Shown one piece after another: positions 39,901 through 51,826 of a DNA stretch of 64,000 nucleotides. Source of the DNA: Selaginella moellendorffii (taxonomy: Eukaryota > Plantae > Lycopodiophyta); contig NW_003314274.1 in the NCBI RefSeq assembly GCF_000143415.4, positions 2,648,623 through 2,712,622 on the forward strand, read 5' to 3'. Positions within the stretch are counted from its first letter, which is position 1. The number at the start of each line of letters is the position of its first letter. The notes below the pieces were generated by a model. That model searched no databases. It saw nothing but the letters and a program-made list of their open reading frames with translations, and was not told the DNA's origin. The translations under genes and the position numbers were made by a program.

Positions 39901-42900
39901 ACATGAACATAATACCCCAGGTACGAGATAAGAGTTCATAGACAAGCACAAACTAAATGACCACTCGAATCCAACTCAACCATAATAAACTCACTAAAAC
40001 ATTTAGCCACTTAGCTCTGAGCATGCCTTGAAGAGGCTAGCTATGCATGATCAACACTCAGTCGAAACTAAAGTGAAGACCATGAGATGGACTCATATTG
40101 GTACACAACCTCCTTTTAGACAAAGCTATAGTACGGGTACCAACATCGCAACCTCAAACAACTAAATTGGACATCACCATCCTCAGCCAAGGCACAAGGC
40201 CACCAAGACCAAGTCAAGATTAGTGAGAGCTCACTACTCTCATAGAGTCTAACGAAATGCAAGGTGCAACCTGCCACCAAGCACAACGCTACAAAAGAAA
40301 GGTACAAGGGTCACCTTTCTGAGAAAAGTGCAACGGCCACTTTTCTATATCAACTCTAGACTCTATCCAACTCAATTATTTTAGCCCCAAAAGTCAGCAT
40401 CCCTTTCAAGCCGCATCATACAAACTACCTATCAGGGTCTAAGCTAAGTGAAGTCAACTCCAACCCCTTCACTAGTTTGTACTGGCTTATGAAAATGGAA
40501 TGGTTTTCGGCAAAGTGACCAACAGATCAGCCATTGGAGAAGTCTAAGAAAATTTGTGGAAAATTTTCCATCCCAAAGAAAGAATGACTCTCAGTCTAGG
40601 AATACAAACTTTCAAGACTCAACCAACTTCTTCCTACTAACAACTTCACATAGATTCACCTCAACACAAATTCTCATAATCCAACAACATGCTTAAGCAT
40701 CGAACATCCTTTTGCCCATATTTCCGATATCCAACTTTGACATCCGCAAAATGCAAAATGAACATCCAAGGCTTGATCACGAAGACCACATCTTCGGATA
40801 TCCATATTGCACTAACACTCTTCTTCAATCACCTTCAAGATCCAATGTGAATCCAAAACACTAACAAGAAAAATGATATAGAAAAATCAAGGTCCAAGGA
40901 AAATTCTTTATCACTTGAAATAATAATGCCACTTCCACTAACACAAGTGCTAGTGATGTCAATGCCCCAACTACACATCTTCTCCATCCAACAATCTAGT
41001 CCAAGTGCTAACGGATCAACCGACAAGCTATAGCAAATGAATGTTACAACCCTTTCCATCACCTAACAGGCAAACTCAAGGAAACAAGGTACCAACTTAA
41101 GCTTAGCATAATGGACCACCATCGAGAATTCAGTCAAAGCTACTACAATGCTACTTTGTGCAAGTAGACTAGCTTCTCCATCAACCACTTTGGGGTTGAT
41201 CATCATTTAACCAAGCAACTTCGTAAACACATTGCTCAGTATCACATGGATATGATATAGAAATCACAATGACTTGATCATTGATTGAGTAACACCACGA
41301 GCAATGCCAATGTCATTACTTCAAAGGTTTATGTGAGTATCAAGTGCCAACTCAATTTGACAAAATGCAACATAAATGCCACACTCCACCGATAGAGATT
41401 TACAACACCCAACATCACTAACTTTTGTTCACAACACGGACAAGCTCATGCCACTCTCTTTCCGACCAAACTCAACACTAATCCAACACCAAGCTACTCA
41501 AGGAGCAATAGCAAGGTTCCCCGGAAAAGAATTGAGCATTGCAACCCTAGTCTTCCATAGCAAGCCTAGACAAAATGGTATAACGTTTCACCGCTATCCA
41601 TTCCACAACTCACCATTTGTAAGACCATCACTTCCAACATGCATCAAGATAGGGACTCTTGATTGCATGATGTGAACATAAGTAATGAGTTAACACCTCG
41701 TTGCAGATCATCTCTCCAAGAAGAGAAAATGATTTATGTATTTGATCCTCCGTCCCTGATGACTCTCTTTTCGGTCTCATCTTTGACTAAACCTCAAACT
41801 GGCTTTTGCACTACCTTCAGTTCAATCTAAGAAAAGTTTATGAGAGAGCACGGCCATGACTACTTGAACCAATAGACTAATCCCTATAGTCTTGATTGAT
41901 CCACTTATAATCATGCCTAGGAAGGATCCACTAGTGTCGTGCTAAACAGCTACGGACCAGCCTATTTGCCACTCATAGCAAACCCAGGGAGGTTTGCGTT
42001 CACCCATGGTACATGGAACAACTCATGGATCCACCGATAGGCTAATATTAATCCTGCCAACTCAAAGTGTAACCTCGAGTTGCTAATGCGCCTCACTCAC
42101 GAGCCCAAGCGCAAACTCGTGTAACAGAACAACTTAGTCCACCCTATGAGCCCAAGAGCAAGCTCACATATTATGAAACACAGAGGTAACCAAAACCTAT
42201 CCCAAGGAACCAATGCGAAGTCTTTGCACCAAAATGTGTACCCACTCGGATCATTGTTTTCATCTCTGCGTATGCAACGAGACTAGTTGCCCAATCTCAT
42301 TGAATAGTACTCGCTGAGACTCATTCTCTGATACCAAATGTAGCGCACGTGGTTTTGACTCTTTATCCTATGGTGATTTACCATAGGATAACACCACGAA
42401 GCGGAACCTAAACCCTCTTTGTGCCACGTGACAGATGCCACATGTCACATACCACGTGTCCATGCCACGTGTCCATAAGAATCCGAGGTTCAGCGCCTTG
42501 GGCCACTGAACGAAAGAACGGTGCCAAACTACCAAGCATGACGCCAAGGAGTGATGGAACCGGACCACAGAGCAACTCCCGAGCATTTAGCCCAAGGAGC
42601 AAAGGGACAGGAGCCCGAAGCGACTTGGAACAGTCCTAGAGCAACCAACATCCTAATGTCAGGACCAGCACGCAAAACGGAGCCAAACGGAGTCTGGCAC
42701 TATTTCGGCATACCGGTGGCCTAACGTGAGGACATGGGTACTCCACTAGCTAGTATGGAATGGAACTTAGGCTTAGACCCAAGCCAGACACAGAACAAGG
42801 ACAGGCACACAAGCGGGAGCTAGACTATACTTTAGGTTGGTCGGCCATGCCCAACCTACCCACTATCCCTACTATAATTTTGGAACCCCCCATAGCCCCC

Positions 42901-43485
42901 ACCCCCCTGAGGAACACATGCTTTGGGCTTTCATCCCAAGCCTCCCTTAGTATCAGGAGTTAGTCTCTGGGACAAGCTTGAAACTTATTAAATATGGAAT
43001 ATCCTTAGATTGCGAATTTGGACACGGGACGAACACCATTGTGTTCAGGCCAATCTCTACATTCCGTAGATATGCCAAATGAGCAAATCTGGACACTTTC
43101 CATAAATAGCATTTGGGACCGAAATGAGACTAACACAAAGGGCATGATAGCGAGGGTGTTTGGCAGACACGGTAAGCTATCATGTAGCAATTTTGATTGA
43201 CTAATCTCAATATGCGAGGGTTCTTGTCAAGCCAGTGCAAGACAGAGCAAAAGAGAACTAACAAGCCGGGCCAAGTATGCTCAGCTAAATAGACACTTAG
43301 GAATTCCTTCCTTATGCTCATCCGGCCAAGTACAGATGCAAAGTCCAGTTTACTAACACTTGAACAAGAGGGACTAATAAAGGGTTCAGCAATACCGACC
43401 TCCTGCCATCGTGGCAGTAAGGTAAGAGTGTCCGTAAGGACTGGCCGACAGGTAACTTTCGATACCTAAAGTCACATTTGCGACA
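36981..43485 (-). mobile_element. Family-A non-autonomous LTR element: 5' LTR 42339-43485, PBS 42326-42336, ~5-kb internal region, PPT, truncated 3' LTR 36981-37360
   Basis: LTR termini TGTAGCG..CGACA on the + strand. ctctgatacca is the PBS reverse complement. ctctccccccct at 37361 is the PPT reverse complement. The overlapping LTR parts are nearly identical. Confidence 0.92.
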
Positions 43486-43951
43486 ATATCTTAGACATCA
43501 TCGTTTAACCAAGCAATTTTGTAAACATTTATCAACAAATTTATCACATAGACATGATATAAAAATCACAATGACTTGATGATCAATTGAGTAACACCAC
43601 GAGCAATGCCCATGTCACTATTACAAAGGTTTATGTGAGTATGAAGTGCCAACTCAATTTGACAAAATGCAACATAAATGCCACACCCACTAATAAAGCT
43701 TTAAAGCACTCAACACCACTAACTTTTGTTCACAACACGGACACATTTATGCCACTCTCTATCCGACAAAACTCAAAACTAATCTAACACCAAGTTACTC
43801 AAAGGGCAATAGCAAGGTTCCTTGGAAAAGAATTAAGCATTGCAACCCAAGTCTTCAATAACAAGCCTAGACAAAATGGTTTAGTGCTTTATTGCTATCC
43901 ATCCTATAACTCACCATTTGTAAAACCATCATTTCCAACATGCATCAAGGT

Positions 43952-45205
43952 ACCCATACCCGACCTACCCACTATCCCTACTATATATTTGGAACCCCCT
44001 ATAGTTGCCCAATCTTATAGTATTCGCTGAGATGTATCCTTTGATACCAAATGTAGTGCACGTGGTTTTTACCCTTTATCCTATAGTGATTTACCATAGG
44101 ATAACCACAAAGTGGAACCTAAACCTTCCATATGCCACGTGTCACTTACTATTTGCCATATGCCACATGTCTAAAACATAGTGGTGTAGAAATTCAAGTT
44201 TTAAAGCTTTAGGCCACTGAATGAAGGAATGGTGCCAAACTCCCAAGTATGGAGCAAAGGAGCAATGGCATTGGAGCATAAAATGACTCCCAAGTGTACA
44301 GCTCAAAGAGTGAAGGGACAAGAGCACAGAGTGACTTAGAACAGTTCTAGAGTATTTAGCATCCCAATGCTAGAACCAACATGCAAAACGAAGCTAAATA
44401 GAGTCTAAAGCTATTTTAGCATACCAATGGCCTAATGCAAGGATATAGGTACTCCACTAGCTAGTATGAAATGGAACTTGGGCTTAAACCTAAGCCAGAC
44501 ACAGAACATGGGCAAGCACTCAAGCAGGAGCTAGACTATGCCTCAGGTTGGTCGGCCATACCCAACCTACCCACTATCCCTACTATACATTTGGAACCCC
44601 CCATAGTTGCCCAATCTTATAGTACTCGTTGAGACCTATCCTCTAATACCAAATGTAGTGCATGTGGTTTTTACCCTTTATCCTATGGTGATTTACCATA
44701 GGATAACCATGAAGTGGAACTTAAACCTTCCATGTGCCATGTGTCACATACTATGTGCCATATGCCACGTGTCCAAAACATAGTGGTGTAGAACCCGAAT
44801 TTCAGAGCCTTGGGCCACTGAATGAAGGAATGGTGCCAAACTCCCAAGTATGGAGCTAAGGAGTAATGGCACTAGAGCATGGAATGACTCCCGAATGTAC
44901 AGCCCAAGGAGTGAAGGGACAAGAGCATAGAACGACTTAGAATAGTCCTAGAGCATCCAGTATCTCAATGCTAGAACTAGCATGCACAACAGAGCTAAAC
45001 AAAGTCTGATGTTATTTTAGCATACTGGTGGTCTAACGCAAGGATATGGGTACTCCACTAGCTAGTATGAAATGGAACTTGGGCTTAAACCTAAGTCAAA
45101 TACAGAACAAGGGCAAGCATGCAAGCGGGAGCTAAACTATGCCTCAGGTTGGTCGGCCATGCCCGACCTACCCACTATCCCTACTATACATTTGGAACCC
45201 CCATA
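43952..45205 (-). repeat. ~600-bp tandem repeat (about 2 units) made of family-A PBS flank plus half an LTR
   Basis: cctacccactatccctactata recurs at ~43964, ~44566 and ~45166. PBS-like (c)tttgatacca/ctctaatacca at ~44040 and ~44641. Confidence 0.85.
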
Positions 45206-45747
45206 GCCCCCCCCCCCCCCTTAAGGAACACACGCTTTGGGCTTTCACCCCAAGCCTCCCTTAGTATCAAGAGTTAGTCTCTGGGATATACTCGAAACTT
45301 GCTAAAAGCTCTATTTCGTTAAAGTGGGAATTGTCATTATCCCACTTGTAAAATAAGGTTTCCAAACCTTTATATAGTATATAAATATAACAAAATTCAA
45401 CTGCATTGAGGCACATGCCATTTTATTTTAAACAAGGAAATGTCTACTCAATCACTTCTCCTCCCCCTGCCACTGCTTCACCTCTCTCTTCTCCTTGTCA
45501 TCGTCGTCCAATTTCTTTCCATCCTTTTAATATTGGTTCAGTTGCTCCGAGTCTAGGTGGAGCCCAAGTCCCCATTCAATCTTTACTTTCCCCTTATTAA
45601 TAAAACAACTTCGTAGACTTCCAATAACATGTTGTAACACTTCTAGTATAATGCAAATCCTCTCAAAGAATTGTCTTTTAATATTAATACAATGGCATGG
45701 AACCCTATGCCATAATAAGTTACATTTTTAAATAAATACATGCCATC

Positions 45748-48700
45748 TCAGACTGTTATTTTTTGCCTCCAACGCCTATAAAATAATCTTGAAATTTCAT
45801 CACTCTCCATACTATCAGGATTTAAACCCAACAGTAATGCCATCTCTTCTCTAATACGTCCACGCTCATGTTCAGTGGTCGAAGAACCCATCCGGTTGAG
45901 TAGATTATGGAGATGCGGATAGTGCTTGGCTAGACAATATACATGCCATAAATGATAACTGGTGTCTGTCCTATCAAATGGCTTATGATATACCGTTCCA
46001 TCTGCCATTTGGTTGATTTCTGCAGCCACCTCCTGGACTGGCCGGTTCTCTATCACCATCGCTCCAAGCCATTTTGCAAGGTCCCCCAGAACATACGGTT
46101 TCTTCTCCCTAGTTTCCATACTGCAAGAGATGGGGTGCACTGCATATGTGTGCGTGTTCGCTGCAGTTTTAATCGGCCAGTCATCGATGATGAGGATTTC
46201 ACTTGACCTAGCAGTCCGGTTCATCACTATAGCCTCTGGCTTGACGAAGATGGGCTTGCTACCCCTCACATGGACCATAGTCAAGCAATCCTCCTGCGTT
46301 AGGAGAAAGTCAAATGGTAATATTACTCGCGTCTGATCGTGCATCATTTGTAGCAATGTTAATGCATTGTGGCGCATCATGGATGTCCAAACTCCCAATT
46401 GCAAATTGAACCCAGCCCTCTGTTTTAAGTGTCGCATGGTCATTATTAGATCCCGCAGTTTCTCCCATGTGATTAATGTGAATCTGTCTCTTTTGACCAA
46501 CTTGCGACCGCAGGCTTTGGAGGGTGCAGTGACATTCGAGGACGAGCCATGCTCATGGGAGAAAAGGACATCGTTTAGATCAAAAACGATACAGTACCTT
46601 CGCCGTGACTCTGAAATGAAATGCGTCAGCATAAAATATGGTACAAGTCAATTTTACCATCTACAATATTAGCGAATGGTGCTCCCGATGGTCATTGAGA
46701 GGGTTTTGGTCGAGGAAACGTGAAAGGCGGAAATACTCTCCTCTGCAATGTGGGGTCAATTGCATCCGATGGCATGTGGGCACATGCCATTTCAGCTGTA
46801 GACTCTGGTACAACTGGCTCAATAGTGGCATGGGGTGGTTCCGATGGCGTGTGATCACACGCCATTTCAGCTGGTGCCTCTGTTGGCAAAGTGGACATGA
46901 CCGAACAGGCAGCAGGGGCGGTGTAGGGAGGTTCCAACGGCGCGTAGTCAGACGATTGGGCATACGTTGAGTCCGTTGGAAATGACAATACGACCGGCTC
47001 GGCGGCTGGGGCGGCCTCATGCGGGTCCAATGGCGCCTGGTCACTGTCAGTTGGATATGTGGACAAGATTGACTCAGTGGTATGGGTAGCATCAAGTGGA
47101 GCGTGGTCAGCTTGCTTAGCGTTGATATGGATAGTAGCCTCCACTAGCTCTGATGACTCTTGTAGGCAAGTAGAGTCCACTGGCGGATCCATATGCATGT
47201 CCAAATATCTCCCTTCGATTGAGATGGTATCCTCCCGTGCTACTAAAAACAAACTCATTAGCACATTGAATCGACTATACTGTATTTACCATCAACTGCT
47301 ATTGAGGAACTAGGACCTATATCACTTGGGCGCACTGCTGATTCTGAAGGATTGGACATACGTTTCGACCCTTGCTTGGCACTATCCTTCCTCGACACTA
47401 AAGGCTAGAGTTTGTATCTTAATTCAACTGAATAATCTCTACTTACCATTTGCTCTGTGACCTACATGGACAATGTTAGAAATGGTAAAAGGTTAAGAAT
47501 GGATGTACTATTATTTACCTGATGGTTTGTCTTGTATGACCTTCCTCCGCTGCTCTTTGGCCACCTCAGGCTGGCCATCGTCGTCATCATCGTCGTCGTC
47601 GTTATTGTGATCGTCACCATTGTGAGGACCATCCAAGTCCTCTTCGTCCTCCTCTTCTTCGTCCTCCTCTTCTTTGTCCTCCTCTTCATCCTTCTGCTCT
47701 TCCTGCTCATTATTTTTCTCTAGCTCCTCATCCCCCTCCTGCATTTCTTCCATAGGCTGCTCAGGCTGGATGGCTTGTTCTTCCAGGACCATCTTGGGAA
47801 AATCATCTGGCCGAGTCTCCATCTCAAAATACAAGACATCCATAGCCTGTTTTAGTGCGTGACCCAGGACTGTATCCTCACCCGACTGTCTTAACATGGT
47901 TTCTGCACGTTCTTGCACCCTTCGAAGAAGACGAGATGAGAAAAACGTGGCCCTGACTTGAAAAGCATCTTTCATCCATTGTACCTCTCCATTGAGATTA
48001 GGGAAGGGGAGTCTGCCATAGAAATCTGAGTCAGGAGGTGGTGACTGGCAGCTTTCACTCAGCCCTTGATCTGCAATGAATGGCATGAGCACACATGCCA
48101 TAAGCGCGAGGCATTACATATCATCTTTTCGTTGCCCTTCTTCCTTTTCGAATCAAACGCCTCTGATCCCGACGACTGTCCAACGTGCTTTCGCTTTTTA
48201 TGACCACTGTCAGTTTGAGCTTGATTTGCAAGAAATGGCATGAGGACCCATGCAATAACCATGACACTTTACTTCCCGTCCTTGGAGGCTCTGTCGTGCC
48301 TTCCGCATCCTCAGGTGCCTGCTCCTCAATTCCCTTTCGCTTTCGTTTCTTATGCGCCCGTTCTACAGAAATAGCATGAGGACATATGCGATAAGCACAC
48401 AAATGCTTTTACCCTTCCTTCTCTGCCCTAGTCGGTTGTCCATCTCTTTGTCTACAGCGTTTGAAAGCTGTTTTGCAGGTAGCCTAATTCGAGGTTCATG
48501 ACGTCTCCTTGGCACTTGAACTGTATATTATTGCATCAACACATGCAACATCCCATAATATTTTTAAGTTACCTTTCATAAAGTTTTCCATTGGTTCAAC
48601 TCGTTCCCCTGAAATACAAACTTAGATAAGTGCATGGGGCCATATGTCATGATTGTACCTGTTTCGGAACTCTCCTTATCACTCTCTGAGGCCTCCCCCT

Positions 48701-51700
48701 CCTCCACTAGAGGCACGTTGTTCCGTTTGATTTCCTCGACGCGATCTGCAAGAACATTAGTTAATTGCGTGGGGCTACACGCCATCAAACCTTCAGGTTC
48801 TTGTCGTGAGGTCTGCGCTGCTTGCCCTAGTCTCTTTGGAATTTGAGCTGCAAGAAGCAATGGCATTAGAATTCACGTATAACAAAAATGATTGGTACCT
48901 CTCGTCCGTTGCACTTGGCTAGTGCTTGCCTGTTTTGCCTTTGAAGAAGTGTCTCCTGCAAGGAATGGCATGAGACCACACGCCATTGCAAATATAATTT
49001 GTACCTCCTTTTTTCCTATTGCTTGTCTGTTTGTCCTTCTTCGACGCGCCACTAGTGCACTTTTCAGTCCTCGTGTCTGAATATTCACAACGATCTATAA
49101 TCAAAATGGCGTGAGGCCTCACGTGACCTTACCTTGTGTAGGTTGTGAGCTCGGCCCAACATGGGTATCTTCAACAGTAGCTGTTAACACCGTTTCAGCA
49201 TCTGGGGGTGGCCATGCTCCTGCATACAGAGCTTGTGAGATAACATTTAAACTTAAAGTGCGTACTCACTAGGTTCGCAAAGAAGATACTGTTTTTCTTT
49301 GGCAACTGTAATTATATGCTCCATTGAAGTCACCTCTTCAATGGAGTTTGTCACCACAACACACGGGACACCCTTGAGTAGTGCGGCTCGAAAGAATAGT
49401 CCGCTGCAGTTGTACTCGACAACGCATTTGCCCTTGGAGTCGGAAGCAGGTGACCCACCCACTATTGCGTTGAAGACCCAGTTGAGCATTTCCCATGCTG
49501 CACCTGGAGCTTTCTTTGGATTCGAAAGCTCCATAGCCGTCTTTAGTTCCTCAGGCACGGGTAAATTGACCTCCCTCAGATCAATTCGATCGGCCTTGTC
49601 TAACGAAGCTGGGAAGTCACTCCAGTCCCACTCTGCTGCAGGACCAATAACAAGGGCGAGTGTGAAGATGCTGACATTCGTCAGTATCTTCTTCTTAGCC
49701 ATTATCCCATGGATCTCCCGCATCTCCTTGCCTTTCAACTGAGCCTTCACCTCGTTCAAGGCCTTCTAGAACTTGATAGGATTCGGAGTCGTAGATCATA
49801 TAGTGGACTGAAGATTCCACCTCCGCAAGTCCCACCATTAAGTCAATAATGGAGCTGACTTCGTCTGCATGAGTGATCTCCTCGTTTGTGAAGTCCATCA
49901 CACAAAAGATGTTCTTGACCTGCTCATCTCCGCGGGAAACGATGCTCCTCCACCTTTGATCCTCATCCAAATTCACGTATACCCAGTAAGGTTCTCGATA
50001 GGCCTCTGCTGCGGGGTCGAGCTGTTTCTGAAGCCGGCGGTCCACATCCCTCTTAATGAAATTTCGATACTGATCCAACTTCTCAGCTTTACTTTTCGTG
50101 GCATCCCGCAGCAGATCGATGAACTTGGGGGCCCCCTTCACATACTCGTCGATGTCTTCATTTGACAACTCCAGCGCTTCCATCATCTCTTGCGTGGTGT
50201 CGATGCTCACCCTCTCCACGGCCACTTGCTCGAAGATCCAATCCTTCAATAGTGCACAAGCTCTCAGAGTCGTGCACAAGTCCTCGTATGTCACAATATG
50301 GCCGGGAGTCATTTTGGTCTTGTTGAAGACTACCTCACCACGTAGAAGAGCATTAGCCACTGTCAGAAGGTCGTCGTCGTCTAGAGACCGCGAGAAACGC
50401 AAGGCGTTGAGCTTCAAATCATTGGGCTTCCGGCCGTCGTCCACACCCATTGAGTTTGGCAACTCCCCGTCATGGTACCTCCTCAGCACATCTACCCATT
50501 TGTCAAAAACAACTTTTGTCGCAAGTAGAATGTTATGGATGCTGAGTGTGTCATTGACCCCTAGTGTTTTCGAGAGAAGACTCGAGAATTCCTGCAATGG
50601 AAATGGCTTGAGGCCACATGCTATGCCACATACAACGAGGCTTACCTGCCAGGCGCTAGTTGCTAGTGCACGTCCTTGTCCTGGTTTTTGTGGCTTCTTC
50701 AGTTGAACCCAGAGCTTCCGTGTTCGTGCCAATGTCTCGTGCAGACCCGATTTGTAGCACGTTTCTTGCTTGACATTCTGCGCGTGGGAGATGTATATGA
50801 TAGATCGGAGGGGTGAGTTGCCTTTTATCAGACGGACAACTCTTGTCTTGAAGACTTTCTTCACCTCCTCGCCCACCATAATATCCACAACTATCTCTTG
50901 CATCGCCAAGCTAGAATGCTGCCCAGAGACGGCATAGAACCGGATGTTCTGATCGTCCAACACCTTCCTATTGATCAAGTCTGGAAACCTCATCTCGCCC
51001 TTCATTTTTTGGTAGTAGGGGATCACGTCTGCGATGTCGGGTGTTACTAGACTTGCCAGCATCTTCTGCTTCAATTTCTCCACCCACTCATCAGATACTA
51101 GCCTGTGGTTGTATTTGCTTTGGATGTCGATACGGCTCACGTCGATTGTATATACTTGGTTGGAATAGTAACAAGTACTATTATCTGCGACGATTTTTGC
51201 TGCCTCTTCTTGCTCTTTCTGCTCTTTGCGGCTCTTCTTTTTGGTGGGTGTAGTGTTCGAACCCGAGGCAATGGCATCACTGAGTAGCTTCTTTTTTGGA
51301 GCAGGAGAGTCGGACGTCGGCTTGAGCTTGACCACCCTTTTCTGCTTCGAGGTAGTTTCCAGATCGACCCCCTTCCCCTTTGCTTCGCGAACTGGAGTCA
51401 CTCTCAACGGCTCAATGTTGGAATATAGTTTTTGAACATCGCCGTAGGTGAGGTCCGTGGATTCCATGTGATCTTCATAGACCCGCAGCGTCTTTGAAAT
51501 TGTGGGCATCCTGGACAACCTCTCCCTAGCTCCCTCTAGGAATTCCTCATAGCCGCTGCCCCCCTCCGGGAAGCCGCTAGGATGTGCAAGGTGGATCTTG
51601 AAGGCAGACGCTGTCTCTACCACAAGTGCCAGTCCATATTCTTGCATGGAACTGCATGGAGTGTCTGTCACTTGGATGAGGATCCCCATGCATTCTTTTC

Positions 51701-51826
51701 TCCCACCATCTGTGTTGTACAGCCTCAGATCCTCGCCTTCCATCCCGAAAGTCCAACTGGTGAGCTCCTCCCCCTTCTTTGCATCCACATTGACAGTGGC
51801 TAGAAGAAGAATGCAATTCCTTGCCT
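45748..51826 (-). pseudogene. Transposon accessory gene (~1,750 aa reconstructed, >=16 exons): ParB/Srx-like domain, degenerate DNA MTase-like domain, K/R/E-rich linker, FCP1-like HAD phosphatase domain; lightly disabled
   Basis: Hand splicing joins the 716-, 168-, 196-, 190- and 294-aa ORFs in frame through 15 introns of 38-57 nt. Lesions: a frameshift near 49765, an acceptor AG->AA at 48226, and TGA at 46692-46694. The start codon is uncertain (ATG at 51743 or upstream exons). Confidence 0.75.

Noticed and set aside
48071-49132. Palindromic repeats separated by unique ~85-135-nt stretches, superficially like a CRISPR array
   Set aside because: The repeats are degenerate and irregularly spaced and sit inside GT-AG introns. 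The 'spacers' are mostly in-frame exons. There are no cas genes and the context is eukaryotic.
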